This document shows positions 43,680 through 51,952 of a stretch of 64,000 nucleotides of DNA, one piece after another. The DNA comes from Nitrososphaerota archaeon (lineage in GTDB: Archaea > Thermoproteota > Nitrososphaeria > Nitrososphaerales > Gagatemarchaeaceae). The notes beneath the pieces were generated by a model. That model did not search any database, was not told the DNA's origin, and saw only the letters and a program-made list of their open reading frames with translations. The translations under genes were made by a program, and so were the position numbers. The stretch covers positions 2,162 to 66,161 of the forward strand of contig JAPCJI010000008.1 of the NCBI GenBank assembly GCA_027887005.1. The letters run 5' to 3'. Numbering within the stretch: the first letter of the stretch is position 1; every line of letters starts with the position of its first letter.

Positions 43680-43788
43680 GGGCCCGTAGCTCAGCGTCTG
43701 GAAAAGGCGGGAAATTCGGTTAGAGCGACCGGCTCATACTCCCGGAGGAGACACCGGTCGGTCGCCAGTTCAAATCCGGCCGGGCCCA
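43680..43788 (+). tRNA. tRNA with CAU anticodon (elongator Met or Ile2) carrying two insertions: ~18-21 nt in the D-loop and ~14 nt at 37/38
   Basis: Hand fold:
- acceptor gggcccg/cgggccc
- D-stem gctc/gagc enclosing 30 nt
- anticodon arm accgg-ctcata[ctcccggaggagac]a-ccggt
- T-arm gccag-ttcaaat-ccggc with one A-C mismatch. Confidence 0.7.
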
Positions 43789-43792
43789 CACT

Positions 43793-44251
43793 TCACTGAT
43801 TCTTCTTTGGGGCGCCCGGTGTCTTCCAGTCGGGAAACGTGCTGAAATGCTCGTGGGCTATCTTCCAGCCTTTCATGGTCCTCGCGAGCACCATGGTCAC
43901 CCTCGCCCTCGAGCCCACGGGTGAACCCTCGAAGGAGTAGTCGTTGATGAACATCCCCTTGTATGCCAGGTAGAAGGTGGCCACCGCCGCGTCCCCCAGG
44001 AGGTCGATCCGCAGGCTGTCGATTTGGTACGAGTAGTCGGAGATGTTGGCGAAGGCGGCCTGCTCGTGAACGAACGCCTCCTCCGAGTTCTGTCTGGTGT
44101 AGGGGGCGTTTTCGTCGAACTTCGAGAAGGAATCGTGGGCCGAGTGGAAGCCAGCGAGGGAGCTCAGGTCCTTGTTCTTCCCCGCCTCGAAGAAGCCGAA
44201 GATGACCGAGGTTATCTCCTTCTTTTCCCTGTCCGACTGTGATTCAGCCAT
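43793..44251 (-). CDS. NTF2-like / SnoaL-type (DUF4440-like) protein
   Basis: 152 aa. The pattern FFEAGKNKDL ... GDAAVATFYL ... RVTMVLART-KGWKIAHEHFS is typical of SnoaL-like folds. Confidence 0.55.
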   Translation of the reverse strand: MAESQSDREKKEITSVIFGFFEAGKNKDLSSLAGFHSAHDSFSKFDENAPYTRQNSEEAFVHEQAAFANISDYSYQIDSLRIDLLGDAAVATFYLAYKGMFINDYSFEGSPVGSRARVTMVLARTMKGWKIAHEHFSTFPDWKTPGAPKKNQ

Positions 44252-44321
44252 GTCCCTAGGGCATCCCTCGGGCTTTCAGACTAAGAACGTTTTTCAGCCC
44301 ATCGCGGAACCGACCGCCTGC

Positions 44322-44419
44322 GGCGCCGTAGCTCAGAAGCAGGTAGCTGCTGGGCAGCGTGGTAGAGCAGCAGGCTGTTAACCTGTTGGTCGTCGGTTCG
44401 AGTCCGACCGGCGCCGCCA
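44322..44419 (+). tRNA. tRNA-Asn(GUU) with a ~22-nt D-loop insertion and a genomically encoded CCA
   Basis: Hand fold:
- acceptor ggcgccg/cggcgcc
- D-stem gctc/gagc enclosing 30 nt (ag + aagcaggtagctgctgggcagc + gtggta)
- anticodon arm gcagg-ctgttaa-cctgt
- T-arm gtcgg-ttcgagt-ccgac
- discriminator g followed by cca. Confidence 0.75.
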
Positions 44420-44469
44420 GAGTCATTCTTGTGGAACTCTAAAATATCCAAAAGCTGAATCATCTGATC

Positions 44470-44766
44470 ATGAATACCAAGAAGTTGTCTACTGTGGCAG
44501 TAGAAGTCGGAAGCGCCGCTCTTTCGATTTATGGCTTCGCGAGCGCATTGTACTGGTATTGGATTTTTCTTCAATCAGCGCCCAATCAGACCATAAGCTC
44601 CAATGCTCTTGTGCTTCAGGGCGTCCCTCTTTCCCACATCATCGAGAGCCTTTTGACAATAGCCCTAGGCGGCTTCGTTCACACTTTACACAGGCTTTGG
44701 CCAGAGATTCTCGACCTTTTCGAGCGCGTTGGGCAGGGAGTCGAGTCTGAGGCGAGACACGTGTGA
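44470..44766 (+). CDS. hypothetical small membrane protein
   Basis: 98-aa ORF with two hydrophobic segments. No motif recognised. Confidence 0.3.
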   Translation: MNTKKLSTVAVEVGSAALSIYGFASALYWYWIFLQSAPNQTISSNALVLQGVPLSHIIESLLTIALGGFVHTLHRLWPEILDLFERVGQGVESEARHV

Positions 44767-44938
44767 GCTGTTGGAATCTGCTCTTTGAACCCACCAGGCC
44801 AGCTCTATTCGAAGTATCTTGACTGGTCCATTTGGCTTTGTCTGAATCTGGTTTCTTCGTTTGTTGCGAGCATATTCGGAGCCCCTTCGGCAAGAAAGAC
44901 CATAAATAGTTGCTAGCGCAGAATCGAGGCGGCAAGAC

Positions 44939-45106
44939 TTGAAGATAGACCTATTCTGGACAGTCGCCATAATCCTAGTGGTCCTGTGGCTATTCGGGTT
45001 CATCGGCGGGGTCGGCGGGGAGTTAATCCATCTATTGCTGATCGTCGCCGTCATCGTGGTAGCCTACAGACTCTTCACTGGGAGAAACGTGGTCACGGGC
45101 AAATGA
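44939..45106 (+). CDS. lmo0937-family-like tiny membrane protein (55 aa), not in the supplied ORF track
   Basis: Hand translation gives (L)KIDLFWTVAIILVVLWLFGFIGGVGGELIHLLLIVAVIVVAYRLFTGRNVVTGK. The pattern W-x-I-I-L-V-x-LWLLGF...LIHLLL is characteristic of that family. TTG start. Confidence 0.5.
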   Translation: MKIDLFWTVAIILVVLWLFGFIGGVGGELIHLLLIVAVIVVAYRLFTGRNVVTGK

Positions 45107-45613
45107 CTGCGCTCGAACGTGGGGTAATCAGTTAGGTCAGTTTCATCTTGTGACCGCAAAGATGACACTTCCTCGAACCCTCTTCTTCGGGGAAGATATT
45201 CGCCAGGTCGCATTTGCACGTACATGGGACTAGGTCTAGAGTTGACCAATCACAACTCTTGCACAAACTGAGACAACTTTTCGTGTCGCTGTGATTTATC
45301 TCTATCCGGTGTCAGAACGAAAGATTGAAGCTCTTGAAGCAACGCTCTTCACTTGGATTGGAACGACCCTGCGACGATTGATCATGGCCCGGAACCACTT
45401 TCCAGACCTGTTTAGGGGGGTGTTCCACTGGACCCACGAATTCGAATTGCATGCTAGGTTTCAGTAAGGGAGTGCGACCAGACTTGCGCTCTGAGCTCGG
45501 AATGCGACGCTGTCGGCGAAATCAGTTCGCATTACTCCCGACTTTTTCCGTTGGATGTCCCGGCGACAGCACGCCGTTTCCATTCGAGTCCCAAGCCAGG
45601 TGCAAATCTGCAG

Positions 45614-45631
45614 CGAGTCCGAGCGGCGCCG
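45614..45631 (+). repeat. direct repeat of the tRNA-Asn 3' end (cgagtccgaGcggcgccg)
   Basis: 17/18 identical to 44399-44416 (cgagtccgaCcggcgccg), in the same orientation. Confidence 0.65.
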
Positions 45632-46014
45632 TCGAGAATAACCTCAGACTGAACTTTGTTTGCCTAGATTAGCTAGATTCGCCCCTGTTTTCACGGCTGT
45701 TGCCGCTAGGTTCGAATCACACCGACCTCACCGCATGCAAAGCACACGTGCTACTATTCCCGCATTGCATACATCGCATCTCACTCAAAGCTTCCGTGCG
45801 GTAGCAGGGATTTCAACCTGGGTTTGTTCCGTAGGGGCGCCTACCTGAATTGACAAGCCCCGGCCAGGACGCCACGTTGCGGAAGTAGTTTGGGTCTGAA
45901 CTCGGCACGACAAATCGGTCGAGCTTTCCCTGCTCCCCCACAGAAAGCAGATCCGAGCCTCTTTCCTCGAAGGAGGAGGTGGGTGGATCGAACCTTCCTG
46001 CCCTCGCTGCTGAT

Positions 46015-46251
46015 TCACTTGGTGCGGGCGGGCTTGTGTACGTAGGCTTCCACGATATCGCGGACGTCTCTCTTCTCCTTGAATGACTGTCTCCATAGCT
46101 CGTCCCGTCTCCCGGGGGCCATCTTGTTCCAGTACCTTGCGATGTCATCTGCCACTTCCAAGACGTAGAACTCGCCCTGCTTGAACGGTCGTTCCCGGCC
46201 CTGCCCTACAACAGGCTGAGAGCCGTTGTCCTTCACTCTGATTGAGGCCAT
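46015..46251 (-). CDS. small hypothetical protein (78 aa)
   Basis: ATG start and charged, balanced composition. It is the last gene in a co-directional run with 46312..47961 and 47969..48739. Confidence 0.4.
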   Translation of the reverse strand: MASIRVKDNGSQPVVGQGRERPFKQGEFYVLEVADDIARYWNKMAPGRRDELWRQSFKEKRDVRDIVEAYVHKPARTK

Positions 46252-46311
46252 AGGAATCCCCCCGAAACCCCGGCGTAAAAAGGACAGGGTCGTGACTGGG
46301 TGGAGGGAAGA

Positions 46312-47961
46312 TTACCAGAAGGGCGTGAAGCTGACCATGGTTGAGCTCGAATTGCTGAACGTCACCCTGTATGTGGACGCATTTGGCTGCCCCTGGACTC
46401 CTGGGAATGATTCACCCCACCTCCAGAGCACCTTCCAGTAGGACTGGTCACCCTGGAGAGATTCTGAGTGGTCGATGCAGCTCCATGTCCCCTGCCAGAA
46501 TATCGACGGACACGAGAATGAGACAGACCAAGGACCGCTTAGGTCTCCAAGCTTTGAAACCCCGAATTGGAAGAAGAAGGCGCCGCCCGGGGAAGGATTG
46601 TCCGGAGGACCGAGCCAGCCTGCATTGAAGGCAACGTTCGCGCGCGCCGACGCTTCGAAAGCTCCAAGCTGGTTCGTCTGACCGCCGGTGCTGTACTCCC
46701 AGAGGACCGTGTGATTCTCCCAACTCAGCGTCAGCTGGAGTTGATCCCCGGGATTCACGACGGTGAAGTGTCGAGAGGCGAAGAACATCAGGAGCCGCCA
46801 GGAGTGACCTCCGCAGGCGGCGTTCGCATCGCAGACCTTCCAGGCAGTGGCGTCGAGCATCTGACTTCCGTTCCCGTACAGGATTGCGTCGAAACGGTAG
46901 CCGTAGTCAATCCCGTCGGTGCAGCAGTCGGCAGAGTGGACCCCGATGCCTCCGGCGAGGAAACCTCCCGCCGGGGCGGAGGAAAGGTCGTGACTGGGGA
47001 AGGTCACGTTGACCCTCACGCCAGTGGGCCGGACCATCGGGCTTGACATGAATCCTCCCGCCGAGTCTGGAATGCCATAGTAGTAGCTAGTAGGTGCTCC
47101 TGAGTTCGAAGTCGAAATAACCTGTCCTACAACCGCGTCGGGCCAGACCACCAGGGAAACTAGGATCACGAAGACGAGCATCCCTGCAAATGGGAGGGGC
47201 GACCGCCTGAAGCGCGTAGTGGCCCGGGTCGGGCGCAAGAGGATGAAAGCCCCCGCTGTTGCTCCCGCCAGAGTTGCGAGGATAGTCAGACCGACCGTGG
47301 GGAAAATCTCCGAATAATACTGCTTGGCCATGCCCAGGCTGACCAGGACAAGCGCTGCCTGGGCTGCAAGCGGCAGGAGCCATGTCGCGGGCCGCGTTCT
47401 GTCCGCGAATAGGAGGACAGCCGAGAATGCGAGGAACGCCAGGAGGGCGGGAAGTGCGGCTCCGTCGGCGGGCGCTAGAATCGTCGCTCCTGCGATGGTG
47501 AAGACCATGGGGATGTATGCGACGGCGTAGAAGGCGCTCCCGCCCGCAAGCAGCCTCTCCCAATCGCCTCTGTCTGAAGTACTGCCTCTGCGGTGGCCGA
47601 GGTATGCGGTCGCGATCCCTATGGCGAGGAAGAACGAACCCATCCTTGCAGGCTCGAGGCCGTCGACCCCAGTGCTGTAGCATAGGATTGGGTCGCAGAC
47701 GGTGAAGAACAGAGTCATGAGGGTCAGGACGGAGATGAGGTATGCCAACCAGGCGTGCACCAGGCTCCTGCTTCCGTAGCCGATGACTACCCCGGCGAAG
47801 GCGAGATAGTAGATATCGAAGTAATACCGCTGGCCCGAGAAGAGGAAGAAGAGGTTGCTATGGAAAAGATAGAGGTTCTGGGCGAGTCTTTCGAAGGCAT
47901 ACGGCGGAACCACAGTCAGTACCAGCGCGAGGGGCCACCAGAGTATCCGGAACGTCGCCAT
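46312..47961 (-). CDS. polytopic membrane protein with a ~270-aa Cys-containing beta-rich C-terminal (probably extracellular) domain
   Basis: About 9 N-terminal hydrophobic helices followed by a Gly/Ser/Trp-rich domain (GGFLAGGIGVHSADCCTDGIDYGYRF...). Starts 7 nt after the stop of the C1 peptidase gene. Confidence 0.55.
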   Translation of the reverse strand: MATFRILWWPLALVLTVVPPYAFERLAQNLYLFHSNLFFLFSGQRYYFDIYYLAFAGVVIGYGSRSLVHAWLAYLISVLTLMTLFFTVCDPILCYSTGVDGLEPARMGSFFLAIGIATAYLGHRRGSTSDRGDWERLLAGGSAFYAVAYIPMVFTIAGATILAPADGAALPALLAFLAFSAVLLFADRTRPATWLLPLAAQAALVLVSLGMAKQYYSEIFPTVGLTILATLAGATAGAFILLRPTRATTRFRRSPLPFAGMLVFVILVSLVVWPDAVVGQVISTSNSGAPTSYYYGIPDSAGGFMSSPMVRPTGVRVNVTFPSHDLSSAPAGGFLAGGIGVHSADCCTDGIDYGYRFDAILYGNGSQMLDATAWKVCDANAACGGHSWRLLMFFASRHFTVVNPGDQLQLTLSWENHTVLWEYSTGGQTNQLGAFEASARANVAFNAGWLGPPDNPSPGGAFFFQFGVSKLGDLSGPWSVSFSCPSIFWQGTWSCIDHSESLQGDQSYWKVLWRWGESFPGVQGQPNASTYRVTFSNSSSTMVSFTPFW

Positions 47962-47968
47962 CGGAATC

Positions 47969-48739
47969 CTAGGTCACCACCCTGATGGTCCAGAAGTCAC
48001 TAGAAAGATACTCGCTCAGGAGGTACTCGTAGGGCATGGTGAAGTATCCAGCTCTGCCGAACCTCGGCCCCCAGGAGTTCCTCACCCAGAACCTCCGCTT
48101 GGGCTCTTCGTAGCCCACGGCCAGGACGGCGTGATGTCCGATGATCCTCTCTCCCTGAGAAGGCATCTCCAGCCGCCCGGTCCTCTTCACGATGTCTTGG
48201 AACCTCTGATGGGCCAGAAAGCCGAAGACGAAGGGATAGCCAGAAGCGATGCAGCTACGAAAGTCCTCGATGCTCCGGCGTATTCTCTGATACGCCACGA
48301 GCCTGTACTTGAGCGCGTCATCGTAGCACTCCCTGGGGGGTCTAGTCCTGAATCTCTTCTCCACGTAGGGCCAGAGGCTTTCAGGGCAGTCCCCCAGCTT
48401 CGCGACCGACTTGAGCGTGTCCCGTATGGAGATGCCGACATTGGACCTTACGGTCCCTTCAGCTGCCCGGACGTTGTAGTAGAGGAACAGGCGGGAGGGG
48501 AATATCACCCTTCTTTTCTTCTCCTTGATCAGGTCGAATTCGACGGCAGCCGCAACTGCGTTCGCCGAGCAGCTGTTCAGTTCCTTCTGGTGGTAGACAG
48601 GAGGGCATTTGCTCCTCAGGTCTCTGGTATTGGGAAGTAGGCGGAACAGGTCAGGAGGAGGCAGGTAAGCGCGGTCCCTGTCGTCGGGGAGGTCCTTCTT
48701 CCAGCCGAAGCCGTGGGTCGTAGACGTGGTCGGGTGCAA
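47969..48739 (-). CDS. papain-family (C1) cysteine peptidase without an obvious signal peptide or pro-domain
   Basis: DLRSKCPPVYHQKELNSCSANAVAAA (Gln and catalytic Cys), GHHAVLAVGY (His) and WVRNSWG (Asn-Ser-Trp). Confidence 0.8.
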   Translation of the reverse strand: MHPTTSTTHGFGWKKDLPDDRDRAYLPPPDLFRLLPNTRDLRSKCPPVYHQKELNSCSANAVAAAVEFDLIKEKKRRVIFPSRLFLYYNVRAAEGTVRSNVGISIRDTLKSVAKLGDCPESLWPYVEKRFRTRPPRECYDDALKYRLVAYQRIRRSIEDFRSCIASGYPFVFGFLAHQRFQDIVKRTGRLEMPSQGERIIGHHAVLAVGYEEPKRRFWVRNSWGPRFGRAGYFTMPYEYLLSEYLSSDFWTIRVVT

Positions 48740-48792
48740 CAGAATCCCCCGGGATATTTATCGTTGGATGGGTTCTGTGGTCTGCTCAGGAT

Positions 48793-49842
48793 TCAGCGCA
48801 CGTAAAGTGCTGCGAACTTCGAGTATGCTTCGTCGAAGTGCATGGGTTTCGGCGGAGACTTGAACCCGTAGGCGCAGATCTCGTTTACGGTGCCAAGCTT
48901 GCCGCTCTTCATGGACCTGTGGGTGGCCCTCAGGACGTCAAGGAGTACGTTGCCCGCGTTCGCCCCATCTGAAGAACGGAGGTAGACGTCGACCGAGATC
49001 CCGGAGTTCATGAAGCCGCTCGCCTCGAACCAGAAGTAACTGGTCCTGTCGTTTCCCATGTAGTCGACGAAATCAGTGGTGCCCGCGACCGTTTCGAACT
49101 GGTAGGGGACCTCGCTGGCGACAGAAGCGGTCTTCATAGTCCGTTTCGCAGCCTTGATCGACTCGTCCATGGTGTTCTGAGTCTCGGACCCCCCGCCAAC
49201 GTCCAGCTGGTAGCTCTTTGAGACCTTAATCCCCCGCTTGACCATGAACCCGAGGAGTCCTCGGTGAAAGACCGTCCCGCCGAACTGGCTCATCAGGTCG
49301 TCCCCGACCAGAGGCAGCTTGGCCTTCTGGAACCCCGCGGTCAGCCTGTTCTTTCTCAGAAGGGAAGTCGGTGTGCAGTTCACGAAGGCACACCCTGCCC
49401 TCAGCGCCGCCTCGGCGTACTCCTCAGAGGAGGCGTCTGATCCCGAAGAAATCAGATTTACGAGCATGTCAGCGCCGGAGTCCTCCAACACGCTGGAAAC
49501 CTCATCAGACCGTGCCTTCTCAGTCTTGGCGCCCAGGAGATGGGGAGCGAGGTCGCCTCTCGAAATCCCAGGGCTTACCTTTACGCCGGTCCTGCCGAGG
49601 TCGTCGTACTTCTTCGCGACGTTGGGCGGGGCGAAGGCCGCCTTTGAGAGGTTCAGACCGACCTTCCTCGCGTCGATGTCGAAGGCAGCCACGACTTCGA
49701 TGTCCTTGGGTTTGAGGCCGGCGACGTTGGGGTGCCAGAGGCCCTTCGAGGTGTGTTCCGAGTAGAACTTGAGACCCTGAAGGAAGACGGAGGCACAATT
49801 GCCGACCCCGGCGATGGCTACCTTGACGGCCATTCCAGTCAC
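48793..49842 (-). CDS. ino1: myo-inositol-1-phosphate synthase (archaeal short type)
   Basis: VKVAIAGVGNCASVFLQG Rossmann N-terminus, GDDLMSQFGGT and the overall length. The start is either the GTG at 49842 or the ATG at 49833. Confidence 0.8.
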   Translation of the reverse strand: MTGMAVKVAIAGVGNCASVFLQGLKFYSEHTSKGLWHPNVAGLKPKDIEVVAAFDIDARKVGLNLSKAAFAPPNVAKKYDDLGRTGVKVSPGISRGDLAPHLLGAKTEKARSDEVSSVLEDSGADMLVNLISSGSDASSEEYAEAALRAGCAFVNCTPTSLLRKNRLTAGFQKAKLPLVGDDLMSQFGGTVFHRGLLGFMVKRGIKVSKSYQLDVGGGSETQNTMDESIKAAKRTMKTASVASEVPYQFETVAGTTDFVDYMGNDRTSYFWFEASGFMNSGISVDVYLRSSDGANAGNVLLDVLRATHRSMKSGKLGTVNEICAYGFKSPPKPMHFDEAYSKFAALYVR

Positions 49843-50048
49843 TTGAACTTCGCGAAGGATGCGAAGAGGCCGACTATGACTAGGAGGATGCCCAGGGCGT
49901 AGTTGATCGTTACGATATCGGGGGCGATTCCGCTCGCGGTCGCGTTGGCGTAGGTGTAGTAGACCAGAGCGCCGCCGAACCCTAGTACTACGAGACCGAG
50001 GAGCCGGATCAGCGCGTCAACCCGCGACTGCTGGGCGGTGAATGTCAT
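49839..50048 (-). CDS. small two-TM membrane protein
   Basis: 69 aa. Its stop overlaps the GTG start of the inositol-phosphate synthase gene. Confidence 0.45.
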   Translation of the reverse strand: MTFTAQQSRVDALIRLLGLVVLGFGGALVYYTYANATASGIAPDIVTINYALGILLVIVGLFASFAKFK

Positions 50049-50097
50049 CGCTGTCTGTTTCGGGCAGAACCCGATGGGTATTTAGAAGTTCTCGGAG

Positions 50098-50793
50098 ATG
50101 AGCCCTTTCATGGAGGCCCAAGAGGTGATCAGGGAGCTGAGGTCTCTGGCGGACCCGGGGTCTTTGAAGGGGATGGCCCGCTACGGGATATCCACCGGAA
50201 GTGCGCTGGGGCTCGCTATACCAACGCTGAGGAGGATAGCCAGGAAGACCGGCAGAGACCACGGGCTGGCCCTGGAGCTCTGGAAGAGCGGGATACACGA
50301 GGCAAGGATCCTCGCGGCCCTAGTGGACGAGCCAGCGAAGGTGACGGAACGCCAGATGGAGGCCTGGGTCGCCGATTTCGATTCGTGGGATGTGTGTGAC
50401 GGCTGCTGCGGGAGTCTCTTTGACAAGACGCCCTTCGCCTTTTCCAAGGCACTGGAGTGGTCGAAGAGGAAGGAGGAGTTCGTGAAGAGGGCGGGCTACG
50501 TGCTGATGGCGGAGCTAGCCGTCCATGACAAGGCAGCCCCAGACGCAGCTTTCCTGAGGTTCTTCGGGGCGATCGAGAGGGGCGCGTCGGACCCAAGGAA
50601 CTTCGTGAAGAAGGCAGTCAGCTGGGCACTGAGGCAGATTGGGAAGCGGAACAAGAGGCTGAACAGAGAGGCGTTGAACTTCGCTGCCAGGATCTCAGGG
50701 CTGGAGGGCGGAGCAGCGAGGTGGGTGGCCTCGGACGCGGCTCGGGAGCTTAGAAGCGAGGCGGTGCAGAAGAAGCTCAGAAGCTCTTCATGA
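50098..50793 (+). CDS. DNA alkylation repair protein (AlkC/AlkD-like HEAT-repeat family)
   Basis: LWKSGIHEARILAALVDEP and WVADFDSWDVCDGCC are typical of the DNA_alkylation family. Confidence 0.7.
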   Translation: MSPFMEAQEVIRELRSLADPGSLKGMARYGISTGSALGLAIPTLRRIARKTGRDHGLALELWKSGIHEARILAALVDEPAKVTERQMEAWVADFDSWDVCDGCCGSLFDKTPFAFSKALEWSKRKEEFVKRAGYVLMAELAVHDKAAPDAAFLRFFGAIERGASDPRNFVKKAVSWALRQIGKRNKRLNREALNFAARISGLEGGAARWVASDAARELRSEAVQKKLRSSS

Positions 50794-51952
50794 GCTGAAG
50801 CTTCTCCGGAAGGTAGGTGTCGACGATGTATGAGAGGCCGTACCTGGCGAACGCCTCCTGTTCGCTCTTTTTCTTAATCTTCAGGAAGACGTCCAGCTCG
50901 TCGTGCCACATCTTGTCCGTGTATCTGGGGTCCTGCTTGAGCTCGTAGAGACGCTTGATGTCCACCTCGGTGAGTTTGTCGGAGGGCAGCTTGTACTTCA
51001 CGATGTCGCTGGCCCAGACCCCGAGCCAGACGGCGTCTGGGGTCGTCAGCTCTCTCAGGTGGGCGGCGTTGGCGGAGCCGGACTTGCAGACCATGGCGAT
51101 GTGGGCACCCCAGGGGTCTGCGTCGCAGAGTATCCCCACGGGAAGCTTGAGTTCCTGGTTAAGCCTGCGTAGGAGATACCGCGTCGACCTTGGGGGCTGC
51201 CCGGCCGTGTTGATCAGGAGGGCTTTGTACTTCTTGTGGACCCTCTCCTCGACGAACCGGGTGAAGAGGCCTCCCTTCTCTATGGCGAGGACCATCTCCG
51301 CGTCGGTGTCTGCGAACTCCGCGGTGGTCAACGCAGGCCCTATCATGACTCCATCTGGGTTTGCCGAAAGGTCTGCCTTCTTCCCTTCGTAGCCGGGGAC
51401 TGTGTATTCGATGGTGAGATTCCCGAAGATCGCGCTCCTTTCCTCAGGGTAAATGTTCATGCCTTCCCTGGCCATTTGCATGAGGACCTCCAGGTCTGTG
51501 ATCAGTTCGTCAGACTCTGCCTGGTCCATGAACTCGACGCCGAAGGCCTGGGCGGAATAGAAGACGTCCCTCAGGGTCGACGTGCGCTTCTCGTCGACGA
51601 GTTTCTTGGCGAAGTAAGCGAGCCAGATCAGCTGAGTAAAGGGGCGTATGTGCTTGATGTTCCCGGACGCCCTCTTCACCGTGGTGGGCCCCAGGATGAA
51701 CTGCTGCAGCTTCTTGTCGTAGACTATGTTCCGGACAGACCTGCTGGCCATGGTGAGGCTGGGAAACTTCCCCTCGTCGAGGTCGTTGTAGACGCTGCTT
51801 CCCAGGTCCTTCAACAGGGCCTGGGCGCTGCTCTTCCTAGCTTCCGCTGTACTGGTCGATTTTCTTTTGCTCAATCTCTGTTTCCTTTGTGTTTTCGGGT
51901 GCTGCTTCGGACGGCATCTCTTCTCCGGCGGGCTGTGGCTCGGCCTCTTCAT
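50777..51952 (-). CDS. top6A: DNA topoisomerase VI subunit A
   Basis: Spo11/Top6A core: RSVRNIVYD with the catalytic Tyr region, and the Toprim motifs VLAIEKGG and ILCDADPWG. Start ambiguous: ATG 51952, TTG 51874 or TTG 51814. Confidence 0.85.
   Translation of the reverse strand: MKRPSHSPPEKRCRPKQHPKTQRKQRLSKRKSTSTAEARKSSAQALLKDLGSSVYNDLDEGKFPSLTMASRSVRNIVYDKKLQQFILGPTTVKRASGNIKHIRPFTQLIWLAYFAKKLVDEKRTSTLRDVFYSAQAFGVEFMDQAESDELITDLEVLMQMAREGMNIYPEERSAIFGNLTIEYTVPGYEGKKADLSANPDGVMIGPALTTAEFADTDAEMVLAIEKGGLFTRFVEERVHKKYKALLINTAGQPPRSTRYLLRRLNQELKLPVGILCDADPWGAHIAMVCKSGSANAAHLRELTTPDAVWLGVWASDIVKYKLPSDKLTEVDIKRLYELKQDPRYTDKMWHDELDVFLKIKKKSEQEAFARYGLSYIVDTYLPEKLQLMKSF

Larger units (their letters stand above)
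44399..45631. mobile_element. putative remnant of an element integrated into the tRNA-Asn 3' end
   Basis: 18-nt direct repeat (17/18 identical) at 44399-44416 and 45614-45631. The interior is AT-richer and has no integrase. Confidence 0.4.

Noticed and set aside
45709-45735. ggttcgaatc...caccgca, resembling a tRNA T-loop and 3' end
   Set aside because: The flanking bases do not form a T-stem. I mention it only as weak support for the tRNA-fragment-rich character of the region.
45856-45869. agccccggccagga, a 12/14 match to the tRNA-Glu 3' end
   Set aside because: The core is a short GC-rich near-palindrome in a GC-rich genome. Chance cannot be excluded, so it is not counted as an att site.
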